A program made the translations under genes and the position numbers. Under the pieces are notes generated by a model that ran no database searches, was not told the DNA's origin, and saw nothing but the letters and a program-made list of their open reading frames with translations. 64,000 nucleotides of DNA, taken from assembly GCA_047967505.1 (NCBI GenBank), contig CM106538.1; one strand, given 5' to 3'. Below are positions 12,301 to 24,701 of this stretch, in pieces. Position 1 is the stretch's first letter; every line of letters begins with the position of its first letter. The stretch comes from Dipteris shenzhenensis (lineage: Eukaryota).

Positions 12301-15300
12301 ACATGGCCTTGTTCGATGCTAAGCAGATTGAGGCTGATGCCCTTTGGTGGGGTGAGGGGAGTGGTTGGTCTTATGGGAAAGTCCTGGAATAGATGCTCTG
12401 TTCCACATCCTACACACAAAGGGTTGGGGTTGGTTGTGGTTGGGGCATTGGGCGTACGATCCCTATATGGACAGTCCTTTAAGAAGTGTGGGCCCTGGCA
12501 TTTGAAACATGACACCAGTGGGTTTGAAGTGCCTTGGTAGGGGCATTCACTTGCTCTATGGGGACCTTGGTAGTTATAACATTGGAGTGGGGGCCTCCGA
12601 GCAATTGAGTTCAAATCTCTCGCTCTTGCATTTATGGGGGCAAAGTCTGGAATACAGGGACTTGTTGATCCTCTGGTGGGCGGCAGTGAGTCATGTAGGG
12701 CTCCACTCCCTTCCTCATAGGGGTAATAATCATGAGGTCCATGATCAAGATCCGTTTCCTCTCGGTCATTGGGTAACTCTTCAACCAACACTTGATTGAT
12801 TGGGGCAATGCAAGGTAGCGGGGGTTGTGGACCTAGTATGGGTGGTGGTAGTAGAGTAGCCCAATACTAGGTAGAGCTTGCCATAGGGTTGAGAGATTTG
12901 GGGGTTGGATGCGGCTATTAGGGCCAATGGGGGTCACATTTGATACATGGGTTGGGGAAGGGACCTCGAAAATCAACATTGGGAGGTATCATGGTCTCCC
13001 CATCTATGGCAGTGTGCACAGTAGAGTGCCGACCTTGCCCTTAGGTGTGGGCGCTCATTGGAGGGGTGGTTGCCAACATTGTCTCTTCATGGAAACAAGT
13101 AGGGATTGCTCAGTGCCTCTTTGGAGGTTCTTGTTCTCCATTTCTAACCTAGCTGCTCCAACAGAGTGGAGGCTAGCTCACTCACATCCAAGGTTTTAGG
13201 ATCGTTAGCCTCCTTCTAGCTTGATTCTACACTTGAGGACCTAACCAATGGGGCTAGATTGGAGGGGGTCGAGGCCTTGTCCGAATCCACTTTATCCATC
13301 ATATTGTCACATATACGGATGGCAACCTTGCTGCATAGATCAAAGGAGGTGGGGTTCATCACCATGTCATGCAGCTTTGGGTCTGCTAGCCCGATAAGGA
13401 AGCGAGGCAACAGTCATTCGTCGCTCATGTGCTCATAGGGTTCACAGTGGGCATTGAGGTGCTTAATCCTCACAATGTAATCCCTCAGGGATTCCTTGTC
13501 GTTTTGTTTCACCCCATACAATTGGTTGATCGGGCTCCATTTATGGCCACTGGGGGTGAGTCCCACAATAAAAGCCTTTCTCAATGTGTCCCAATTGATC
13601 TTTTCCTCTAGAGTGAGAGCCCTATACCATTGACCAACCTTGCCATCCAGGCTAAGGCTGAATGCATTAGCCATCTCAAGGTCACCTGATACACCAAAGG
13701 CTTCACAATCTGCTCGAACCATTCCACATGGGAGACCGGGTCTCCTTCTCCAAGGAACTCGGTCATTAGCTTGGAAATGGCTATGGGACGGCTTCTTGAG
13801 GGATTTGCCATCCTTGTAGGGAACACTGGGGAGGGTGGAGGTGGTGTTGGCCCCCTTCCTAGGGAATTCACCAAAATACGCATTGCCTCATCTCGGTCAA
13901 CACCATTTGAGCAGCTAGCAGAGGTGGTGTTGTTGTGGCCCTGACGGGTCACAGGGCTGGGGCCCAAGTGGTGGTGTCCATGTAGTTGCTGGTGTCAGCA
14001 TTGGGATGGAAGTACCCATACCTACTTTCATTGGTGCAATCGGTATAGATGGGAAGGGATGGACTCCCAGAGGTGGTGGGTCATGGGGCATGGTAATGTT
14101 GGTTCCATGCAGTGGGCGGTAGGGTGGGAACTGCGGTGCCCCATAGTTGACGAAGGTTAGGGGCCGGGGCTATTAGAGGGTCATAAAGCATTTCACCTTG
14201 GAAGTTCCTAGTATCCCCTCGACTCGGGTCTTGTCTACAAAGTTCCCTCATCCATGGATATTCATCATCCATGTTCTCCCACTTGGGAAGTTTGGCATAC
14301 GCAGAGGAACTTGGTTCGACGAAGGTAGTTTCTATCCCGATTTGGGGCTCGGGGACTTTGAATAGCGATGGGTGGTGTGATGGAGTAACGCGATGGTGGA
14401 GGGGAACGATTATGACCATGGATGGAGGGGTGGGTTTGCCACATTGACGGCAAGGTAGTAGAATAGCAACGGTCGATAGGAAACCACTACAATCCCGGTC
14501 AACGACTTATCAGGTCGGTGTAAAAGTAACTCTGACATGCATTAACTTCGGGCAGTGGGGTAAACTGTAGTCAAAGGTTAGGTCAATGGGGAAGCGCTAT
14601 GGCATCGGCGGGTCAATGCAAGTTGACTAGTGGGATCTGGCTAACGCGCCGATCGGTGGGGAAACTAGTCGGTGCGATATGCTACAGCGCCGACTCGGTG
14701 GGATAGTCATACACAGTTTCGCCGATTGAGATTTTATGATTTTTGAGAATTTTGCAATTTTTGTTCATGATTTTTTGTGGTGGGGGGGTGCTACAGTACT
14801 TAATCTACCTACTCAATGAAAAAAAACTTGAAAACAAACACTTTTTGGAAGTCAAAATGCAAAAACTCAAAAAAGGGGAGTTCTAGAACTTAAAACTACT
14901 TCAAAACTTGACAAAAATCCTTCGTTTTGTTGTTTTTTGAGGTGATTAGACCACACACACACCTTAGCAATCAAGCCTTCTAAGTTGTATCAATTTGAAA
15001 CACCAAAAAACATAAAAAACAAGCTTCCCATGCTCACAAATGGCATTCCTACAAGAAAAAACAGATTTCCGTCCTCTCTCTCACCTTTCACCTCTCTTCT
15101 CTCTTACAACTCCACTAACAAGCTCCAAGTTAAGCTTGAAGACTTGTGCAATGGGAATATATCGAAGGGAGATAGGTGCAAATGCAAAAGCATACCTTTT
15201 ATCCCTGACAATGGTGCCAAAAATGTAGTGGGTCTCAGCCGGTGACTCACGTATTGTGGGGTAGTTGAAGATATGATGACGGAGTCTCCAATCTTAGCTA

Positions 15301-16239
15301 CTCCACAATGCATAGCATGAGCCATCTGCAAGTGTCACTTAAGTGGCCTCCCGATTGTTGCAATGTGGTTTCACGCAAGGAAGAGGGAAGAGGAAGAGGG
15401 GAGGGGAGAGGAAGAAGGAGGGGAGAAGGAGGGAGAAGGAAGGGAAGAAGGAGAAGGGAATGAAGGGGGACAAAGTGACAACCACAAAGGCACTACAATG
15501 GAAACAAGAGACACCCAAAACACTCTTTTGGAAGAGAAGAGGGAGCTTGTATTCAAACTTGTGCAAACAACAATGAAGACCAAAGTCAACCATTTGGTCT
15601 TTTATACATGTCACCTTTTGAAGGGAGGGCCAACACTTTTCCTTTTTAGCACTCTCCCTTACTTTACAACCATGGGCTCTTGGGCTCGTAGGGCACCAAG
15701 GCATATTGCTATTCTTACTGACTCTCCCTACTAGTGGAAATAGCACTTTTGTTAGCCATATTAAAGGGCTTGGGAAAAGCCTGGCATTAGGAGGTGGTCC
15801 TAACCGGTTCCTAAAGACTGCTTGTGTTTGCGTCGCCACTCCTAGGCTTGTGTGATTTGGGGCTCAAACTACCTGAGTTTGAGTTGTACTCCTTTCATGG
15901 CTATTTTTGTTTGCGTTGCTATTTTTTGTGGATGAGGAGCTAAAAAGTGCAAGGTGCATGGGCCCAGAAGTGTGCATCTCCTTGTTCCGGGTGGTGGTAG
16001 CTAGAACATACAACCTGTGCCTAGGATCCTTGAATCCTTGGACTTTGGGTATTTGGGGATCAAACTCCATGAGTTTGAGCTATACTCCTTCCGTGTGCAC
16101 ATTGCTTGTAATCATTGACCTTGTGTATTTGGGTATCAAACTCCCTTGATCTTGTCCTATTGAAGTAGATCATTCGGCTTGGTCACCTTTACTCCTTGAT
16201 TACCCTGCATTTGGCGGTTGTACTCTGTGGATGTTCACA
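9400..16239 (-). mobile_element. Decayed Gypsy (Athila/Tat-like) element: LTR, PBS, gag, three zinc knuckles, protease remnant; no recognisable RT
   Basis: The LTR end ...CCACTACA (15224) is followed by a degenerate tRNA-Asp PBS TTTTGGCACCATTGTCAGGGA (about 15202-15222). gag at 13216-13790 (FSLSLDGKVGQWY, QNDKESLRDYIVR, RFLIGL). Cx2Cx4Hx4C-like motifs in ORF 12147-12791. ILGRTRCYAVNCQID protease-like remnant near 10960-11010. Both outer boundaries are approximate. Confidence 0.7.
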
Positions 16240-17059
16240 AATTTGGAGGGATGTTTTTGTTCCTAGGTAAAGTGATAACGAACTAGGGGAAACATGCATT
16301 CTACCCAAATTAAGCGATATTGTTTTAACATATGGTTTATTTGGATGGTGGCAGGTAAGTGGATCCTAACCTTGGAGCCTAGACTACCTGATGGATTTGA
16401 CGCTTATTTACCATTACAAAAATTTTGGACTTAAAAAGGGGCTCTTTGGAGTACTACTAAAATATTAGAGGCTTGGATATGGGAATATGGTATCCATGAA
16501 GGAGATTATGCTATGTGGACTTCTCTGTAAAATAGAGGCTCCCCAAATCTAGGGAAAATCTCTTTTTTTTTTCAAAATACCCCAAAAAACGTGATTGGTG
16601 CTTCACAATTAAAAATTATTTTTGGCAAGCATGCCCTGACCATGTCAGGCCTTCTTGTTTTCCTACCATGGCAAACTATCCCCTAGCTAGAACTATGCTC
16701 ACGTTTTTCATTTGGTTCAACCATTTGGCCCAAACTTTGACTTCCTAACCAGCAGCTCTCTCCCTATTCTCTCACTTTCTAGCAGCTAGTTTCAAGATAT
16801 CTTCATTCCACTCTTGATTAGTCATTCTCTCTCCTCTTTGCTCACGTTTTTCTTCCACATTCGAAAATCTCTCAGAGAAACTTTTGCCCAAGATTTGTTC
16901 ATCCCTCTTCTCTTCCATTCATTCTCTACTTATTTCACTCTCTCTTAGAAACCAAAGTTGCGACCAAAATTGCTTGGAAGGAGTGAAAAAAACGGGTGTT
17001 CTTTACAAGACATAGGGAAGAGGGAGAGATTGAGGTAGATGATATTTAAAACTTCAAGA

Positions 17060-17215
17060 ATTTTTTTCTTCACTGGTATAGGAGGGATAGAGAGAGAGAG
17101 AGAGAGAGAGATATTATTTTGTGTTTTCTATTTGAGGGGATGAGTGAGGGAGAGAGAGACATTAAATAGTCATTTTTTTCTTCATTAGTATAGGAGGAAT
17201 AGATATAGGAAGGGG

Positions 17216-17251
<36 letters not shown>

Positions 17252-17460
17252 ATTTAAAACTGCTATTTTTAAAAATCTATTTGAGGGAATGAGTGAGGAG
17301 AGAGATAGAAAATAGTCATTTTTTCTTTGCTAGTATAGGAGGGGTAGATAGAGGAAGGGAAAAGAGAGAAAGAGATTATATTTCGAATTGCTATGTTTTC
17401 TTCTGTTGAGGGGATGATTGAGGGAGAGAGACAGAGATTGTAGTTCAAACTGCTAGGTTT
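17060..17460 (+). repeat. About three degenerate tandem units (~110-150 bp) containing (GA)n tracts
   Basis: Recurrent TTTTCTT...GTATAGGAGG...ATAGA, (GA)n, and CTATTTGAGGG.ATGAGTGAGG motifs. Confidence 0.65.
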
Positions 17461-17720
17461 TAGAAGTATTTGAGAAAGAAGGAAGAAAAAGAGATCCTAA
17501 TCAAAGAGTTTTGGGAGGGAGAGAGAGAGTGATATGATATTGATAATGTTTTCTTTGTTTGTGGAGAAACAGAGCAGGAAGAGAGTATATCGTAAACTAA
17601 GTATTTCAAAAAAATTTGGTGTTTGATAGACTAGGAGAGAGAGAAGTATTCTATGTTTTTTGTAATAATATTTTGTTTGTTTTTGTGAGAGGTTTAGTTA
17701 AAGTAAGAGGGAAGGAGGGG

Positions 17721-17759
<39 letters not shown>

Positions 17760-17856
17760 GCAAAGAAAGAGAAAGAGAGAATCGAAGACATAAATTTGGA
17801 GGGTCTTTCGAAGTAGAAAGAGCTAATTTTAATCATATGGTACAGGGGCAGAAACT

Positions 17857-20319
17857 ATGGAAGTAGAAAATCATAGATATAGAAGTAGTTTACAGTCTAT
17901 TGTACTAAAGAATGTCAAGGATGAGCATGGGGAATGGATTCTTCAGCTCTATAGGAAATATTCTTGGATCACAATGCAACCCACTAATTGTGGGTGCTAC
18001 AAAGTGGGTCAGAGGGATGCAATGGACATCTCCAAACATTGGAAGGGAACGGGTCTTAGATTTTGAAATTTCTCTTGGCAGTAACACAATGACATAGGTA
18101 TATATTTAGCATGTCTTTACCCATGCAAACATATATGTGCATCCGAATGTAGGACTTTCATATCGTAGGCCCTCTCCTCTGCTCCTCCCTCCTGCAAAAT
18201 CTCTCCCCTCCTCCTCCCTCCTGTAGCATCTCTCCCCTCCTCCTCCCTTTTGTAACAACTCCTTCCCTTCCTTCTACACCTGTCACCCTACTCTCCTTCT
18301 CTTCCTCTTGCCCTCATCTGCTTCTCCTCCTCCCTCTTCCCTGCTACTCTCTCCCTCTCACTGCTCCATCTTTGCCAGCTCTCCCCTACAGTTTAGCCTG
18401 CATCACTGATACCTCTCTTTGCGTACTCATGGCACCATTCGAGGACATATCCAACAAGTACCATGTGAACCTACAACTGGAGGCAGAATATGCAAGCACA
18501 CGATGTTTGTGATATAGTGGAACTCCTCAAAGTGTGCTCCATAGTCTTTGATTGCAAGGGAAGAAGCATCTTGACCTTTGGGTGGATGGAAACGTGTATC
18601 CTTTAGACCCTGCCACCCAAAAGAGTCCTCCTTTTCATACAGTGCATGATGTTGTTAGGTTTGTTGGCAAGGGACATGCTGGATTGCTTGGTTATTGCAA
18701 TTGATTGAACCATTCTTAGACATTGGCTATGTAAGCAAGCGAGGTGCAGAGAGCCCAAACAAAAGAACTTACACATTTGAGAAATATTACTATTGTGGCA
18801 ATACATAATAGTATGCAGGATCTCCAATTGCAAAACAAAGAACTCTAACAAAGCACATGCACTAGACTTGGAGCGACATGAATTGGAAGAATCAATCCAG
18901 AAGCTCACTAAAAGCAAACAAGATTTGGAAAGGTCTATCTATGGCCAAGTTCAATGTCCTATGGAGAAGGAATGAGAGAAGTTAATAGAACGAGTACAAA
19001 AGTTAAACGGAACACCTTTGGGACTGAAGGAGAGGAAAAGACAATTGCAATCTATGGATGCATTGTCAACCAATAGTGGTGCCCGAAAGAGGAGAATACG
19101 GGTTGCAAGGTTAGTTCCCCAAATTTTCAATGAAATTTCTTACTCCAAAATATTCATGGTGTTGCATTGTTTCCTTTAAGACTCATTTGTACTCTACTTT
19201 AGGAATTTTATGGAGGATGTGATGGGAACAATAGAAATGGATGATAGTGATCCTTCATATGTTCTAAGAAGTTTAATAAAGCCAAGTGATGTCATGGAAG
19301 TGCTGAAGGACCCTAGACAAAAAGGGCTACATGAACAAGTTGTTAGAGAGGTAATGAAGGATTTCAAGGGCCTCGTGGAAGCAAAGGAGGTGCTTGGAGC
19401 TTGTGATGTTGCTAGTGTAAGTCGTGAAGCTTACAACTCTGTTTTTAAAATTTTCAAGTCTGCTATGGAGGAAAAGTATAAGATATCTACAATGCCATTG
19501 CTAACACCATGGTCTATAAGGCTTGCACGTCAAGAAACAAACCAATGTGCTAGAGAAAAGCTTGGAGGATACCATTGTGTAAGTGGCACAATGACTTGGA
19601 AGAGTAAAAAGAAATCTAGCATCCAAACGTTTGAGATGAATGCTTTCAATAATGTTTATGTGGATGTAGAGAATTTGTAGAGAGCCATGGTCAAATTCTA
19701 TGGGACGAGAGAAGAAGGTAAGAGAAATTCCCTCTTCGCATTCAACTTTATTTCTTCTCATTTCTATATCCTTACTATATTTCTCTTTCATTGTATAGAT
19801 GGCAAGCTAGTATTTGTTATGAAAATGGATGAAGCTCAATTGGTAAAAGAGCACAAGCTAGAGAGGGTGAGCATTTGTATTATGAATGATGCCTTGCATT
19901 TTGCTCAAGGGGATGAGGAAGTTGAGCAAGGTTTCTCAGTCTAATATGAGAAGGACATATGGTGGCTTGTAGCCTTTAAGACGCCAAAGGAGTGCCACGA
20001 GACATTGAAGTGGGTTTTAGAGAGAACCGGCATCCTATCGATTATTTGAAGACAAGAGGCAGGGCAAACATTAATAGTGGATGGGCATGAAACGTTTCAA
20101 GTTGAATGGCATCTAGCTGGTGATTTGAAGACCCTCAAGTGCTTGTATGATTGTGATACAGGTGTAGATGGAAAATGGACATGCTTGTATTGCACCCACT
20201 CTCAGAAGATGCAAAAGTGGGAAAATGGCATCCTTTCTTGCAACCAAAGTGCAGCCCTTGATCATCACAAAAAGGATCCTAAGTGGGTCCCCATTCTACC
20301 AATTCCATTGGAGCGGGTA
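17857..20319 (+). pseudogene. N-terminal and central part of the RAG1/Transib-like transposase
   Basis: Multi-exon, with introns at about 19110-19202 and 19718-19798. Motifs KLVFVMKMDEA (first Asp candidate) and HLAGDLKTLKCLY...GKWTCLYC (compare RAG1 GTGYDEKLVREVEG...SVYICTLC). Ends PIPLERV, which joins ERVYMCTLH at 2232 on the minus strand. The 5' boundary is uncertain. Confidence 0.75.
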
Positions 20320-20352
20320 CTCGGGGGGGTCACTGTGCATAAACCCTCTATA
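20320..20352. mobile_element. Right end of the split MITE
   Basis: CTCGGGGGGGTCACTGTGCATAAACCCTC follows AGCGGGTA (20312-20319), the reverse complement of TSD TACCCGCT. Confidence 0.8.
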
Positions 20353-20704
20353 TGTGAAGATTGTGGGAGAGAGGGAAGGAGTCTCACTTGAGGCTTTCTC
20401 ACAATCACAATGGGGGAATACACACAAAGGTGGAGGCTGAAAACAGTTTTCCTCTTCTTAGTTGTGAAAGCCAAAAGAACTCTAGTACAAAGAAATAGAA
20501 GAACCCTATATGTGGGTCTCAAACCAAACTCAACTAACTAAGGTGGCATACTAACTGAGCCACAAACTAGAGTAGATAAGGATAGCTATCATCCAGCTAT
20601 TATTCATGGGCGGTGTACCAACCGCATCTCCAGCTAATAGGTCGGTGACATAAATGCACAACAGTCACCCTGGCATATCGCGAGTGGAGCTCAATATCTC
20701 AACA
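20353..20704 (-). repeat. 3' LTR of Copia-A
   Basis: 352 bp reverse complement of 2450-2803, with about 5 substitutions and a 2-bp indel by eye. The PPT (GAGGGGGAG) is at 20705-20713. Flank CTATA (20348-20352) is the reverse complement of TATAG. Confidence 0.95.
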
Positions 20705-22404
20705 CTCCCCCTCGAGCTCAATCCCAATTCCTGCACACCAAGCAGGTCTCTGAACTTGCGCAGCTTCTCTGCGCCCAATGCTTTCGTGAAGATGTCAGCT
20801 ACCTGATCCTCTGTGCTGACATAAACTAGATCAATGAGACCTAGTAAAACCTTCTCCCACACATAGTGATAATGCACCTCAATGTGCTTTGTTCTGGCAT
20901 GAAAGACTGGGTCCTTTGCCAAATGTATACTACTCATGTTGTCACAATAAATGACAACTGGCCCATCTGTAGACTGATGCATATCATAGAGTAGCTTATG
21001 CAACCAAGCTACCTCACATGCAGCCATTGCTGCACCCCTGTACTCAGCCTCTGTGCTCGACAAGGCAACTGTAGGCTGTTTCTTGCTGCTCCAAGTGACT
21101 GCAGCACTCCCAAAAGAGAACACATATCCACTGGTAGATCGTCTATCAGAAATGCTACCAGCCCAATCAGCATCAGTGTATCCATGCAACTGTATCTGAA
21201 CCCCAGCCTCATAAAATAGTCCATACTGCAATGTGGACTTCACATACCTGAGTATGCATCTAGCCGCATCCAAATGCGGTTTCCTTGGAGCCTGCATAAA
21301 CTGACTTACCTACCCAACATCATAGCTCAAATCTGGCCTGGTAATAGTCATGTAAATCAAACTTCCTACTATGCGTCTGTACATAGTAGGGTCTTCCAGA
21401 AGCTCACCTGCATCTGTGCTCAGCTTCACATTCTGCTCCAAAGGAACTGAAATAGGCTTACAGCCTGTCATCCCATATTTGGACAGCATGTCCAATGCAT
21501 ACTGCCTCTGCAAGAGCTGTATCCCACTTGGTGATCTAATCACCTCAATGCCCAAGAAATAACGCAGCTCTCCCAAATCCTTCATCTCAAACTTCTGCCT
21601 CAATAGCATTTTCACATGAAGGATATCTTCATCACTATCACCTGTGATGATCAAATCATCAACATAAATGACCAACAGCATAATCCCTTTCTCTGTTTTT
21701 CTCACATAGAGTGAGAAATCTGCCTTGGAAATCTGAAAGCCAATAGTGACAAGATACTGTCCTATCTTGTCAGACCATGCTCTAGGTGCTTGCTTCAAGC
21801 CATACAAGGCTTTCTTCAACCTGCAAACAAACTCAGGATGAATAGCATAAACATAACCTGCTGGCTGCTCCATAAAGACCTCTTCTTGCAAATCACCATG
21901 CAAGAAGGCATTCTTTACATCCATCTGATGTAAAGACCATCCCTTTGATGCAGCCATAGCAATGGCTGCTCTTACGGTTGCCATCCTTGCAACGGGGCTG
22001 AAAGTTTCTTCATAATCAATGCCATATATCTATGCATACCCCTTGACAACTAATCTTGCCTTGTATCTATTCACAGAACCATCTGCATTGTGCTTGATCT
22101 TATAAACCCACTTACAGCCAATTGCATTCTTGCCTTTAGGCAAAGGCACCAATTCCCATGTAGCATTAGCATCCAAGGCATCCATTTCTTCATCCATGGC
22201 TTTCTCCCATTTTTCATTTCCCATGGCTTGCTCAAAAGAAGTGGGTTCTGGTTCCTGTATCACTTTGACCATATAGGCATAGTGAATGGCTCTAAATCCA
22301 TCATATTTCAGCCTATCCACAGGATACCTAACCCTGGTAGACCTGCGCAAAATAGGCTCACTTCCAGGTGCTCTCAAAACATCCCTGGTCTTCCTTACTC
22401 CAGG
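20353..22404 (-). mobile_element. Copia-A 3' half: RT, RNase H, PPT, LTR
   Basis: EPTSFEQA...[66 protein letters not shown]. Starts PGVRKTRD at 22404, continuing LGIPSVVT at 5901. Confidence 0.95.
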
Positions 22405-22733
22405 ATGTCCTCCTCCTCTTCCACGATGGCGACTCTTCCCAGCTCGTCGAGAAAGCTGAGGTTATCAATGAAGGCAGAATAAGCTCCGTCAGTGGAGAGC
22501 CGTTCGTACTTTTCTTCAAAGGGCTTAGTGCAACGCTAGATGAGGGGCTTCCCTCTTCCGTAGGAACTATGATTGTAGCTCCAATTGCGGCGTTTGCTCG
22601 AGAATTGCATCTTCTATTAGTCTTTGAATTTCAGGATCCTCGTTGCAGACTACCTAGCTTTAAGGAACGGCTTGGCAGCTGCATTGGAGTTGAAGATCTT
22701 ACATGTTCAAACAGTTGGAGATAGCAAGCTAAG

Positions 22734-23017
22734 AGCTTCTTGAAGATCCCGCGCTTAATCAGATATTTGCATGCAAATCTATGGGCTTGAGACACTTTTG
22801 TTCATCGTGCAAACTTGTAATCAAAAATGTCTTCAAAGCAGAAAGACAAGCTTGGAACAGAACTCAGCTTCTTGAAGATCCAGTAGGTTTTCGAACAGAC
22901 CCGCGCTTAATCAGATATTTGCATGCAAATCTATGGGCTTGAGACACTTTTGTTTATGGTGCAAACTTGTAATAAAAAATGTCTTCAAAGCAGAAAGACA
23001 AGCTTGGAACAGAACTC
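22734..23017 (+). repeat. Tandem duplication (~132 and ~152 bp units)
   Basis: AGCTTCTTGAAGATCC...CGCGCTTAATCAGATATTTGCATGC...GCTTGGAACAGAACTC occurs twice. Confidence 0.85.
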
Positions 23018-24013
23018 GTAAGTGCATTCGAATATTGGTTGCGTACACAGAACTTGTTGGTAGATGAATGGAGCTATAAAGATCTCATGGCCGACTGTGC
23101 GGAAATTGGCAACCGAAGTGATCGATTTGATCAATCAGCTAGAGATTTTCGAGCTGTTAATTTTTCCCAGAACGGAACGTCACTCAACTACTTGGGATCG
23201 GCGATTCGTCCGTATTATCCATGCCTCATTCCTTGGTGTACGAAAATCCCGCTTGTAAAGCCAGGGTAGAGAACGTGAATCAGCAATTGTTCTTTAGCCC
23301 CCCACCACGGCTTCCCAAGTTTCAGTCTGAAGGCGGCGAAAGGGATGTAAGCCATCTCATCTTCCACCCACCACGGATGGAAGTACGGAAAGCACAATTC
23401 ATAGCTCTGCTGATATGCATATAAAGAAGAAACGATGCTCCTGTTGCATTTGCAAATGGTTTGAGCACAATCAAGATCCCAGCCTTTGGATTTGTTGCAC
23501 GAACCAGTCTGGTTGAGCTCCACGTGCCACTCCATATACTTTCCATGGTCTTCCCGAATCCCGGTGTATCTATGATCAGGGCAGAATCTCAAAAAGTGCA
23601 ATCGCCACCAGTGCTTAAATTTATTGGGCAGATTGAGCTTCATTAGACTTTTGGGCTTCCTATGACTCCCAAGAATTTCAGCAGCGGAGCATTCATGAAG
23701 CTCAAGCATATCTCCAAGACTTCAACACATAATATACATAGTGCATATAGTTAGTAGTTAGAATTTATCTACTATACTACTAATATGTATCCCAAATAAT
23801 GTGAGTCTCCCTGCTCTAGAATCTCAAGGGCCTGGCATCAGTCTCGGAGTTCGTGCAATTGTCATCTTCAGCTTAAAATGAGATTCGTACGCAGTGTCAT
23901 CTTCATTTTGAAGCTTAAATTTTTTCCAAAGACTTCACGGAATTTCTTATGAAGCCTAGAGGTGTGCAGCAAATTTAAGCACTCATCGCCACGATGTCAG
24001 TGACTACCTCTAC

Positions 24014-24701
24014 CACTACTACACACAGGTCCTATTCTGACGCTTAAGGATCGACGATTAGTGCGCGCGGAGCACTAATCATCGGTAACCAAAGCGGGAT
24101 TCGTCGTTAAGGGTCGCTATATAGTGACTTTAGGCAAACATCGCTATATAGCGACCTTTATTAGACTTGTAAATGGTCGCTATATAGCGACACTTATTAG
24201 ACTTGTAAATGGTCGCTATATAGCGACACTGAGACAGTTTCCTATAGCGACATTTTACAAAGAGTTTTTTCTCATACCAACCTTAAAAGATAGTTTTTCC
24301 CAATGATTAATTTTTTTTCTTTTTCATACATGTTTGAACCTTTGAGAGAATAAAAGTACAAGAGTATGTACATCAAGCCTTTGAAGCTCATATATTCATG
24401 TCCAAGTTTGAGATGAAAAAAATCAATGAAGAGCATTTACGTCAACGGCTTCATTCGGAGCCAAGTCTAACGTGCCAAACAAGTCTATCTCTAACTCTAT
24501 ACCGAGTTGATCTCCTATATCATCATCGTACTCTAGCATCGTACGTTCACCTAAGAGTACTTGATCATCTTCTTCAATAAAGTGTGGTGATTCTTGATGA
24601 TCGTCATCTTCTTCCTCAATATCCTGATCTCCATCTTCCTCCTGTACGATGTCATTATGCGCATCTTCCTCTTGGCTCATATTATGATCTTCATCTTCTT
24701 C
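24014..24701 (-). mobile_element. CACTA terminal fragment: terminus, subterminal repeats and acidic C-terminal coding tail
   Basis: CACTACTACACA at 24014. Palindromic GTCGCTATATAGCGAC repeats at about 24112-24252. Homologous to 24702-25365. Confidence 0.85.

Noticed and set aside
15339-15839. K/E/G-rich ORFs
   Set aside because: Purine-rich low-complexity LTR sequence.
16374-16541. GGAGCCT...AGGCTCC short inverted repeat as a MITE or transposon terminus
   Set aside because: Only 7 bp and no TSD.
2450-20704. Inverted LTR pair read as the TIRs of a giant DNA transposon or as two separate Copia insertions
   Set aside because: The shared TSD and complementary gag-INT and RT-RH halves show one element split by an inversion.
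24112-24252. Regularly spaced palindromic repeats resembling a CRISPR array
   Set aside because: The spacers are themselves repeated, the context is eukaryotic, and they sit next to a CACTA terminus, so they are subterminal repeats.
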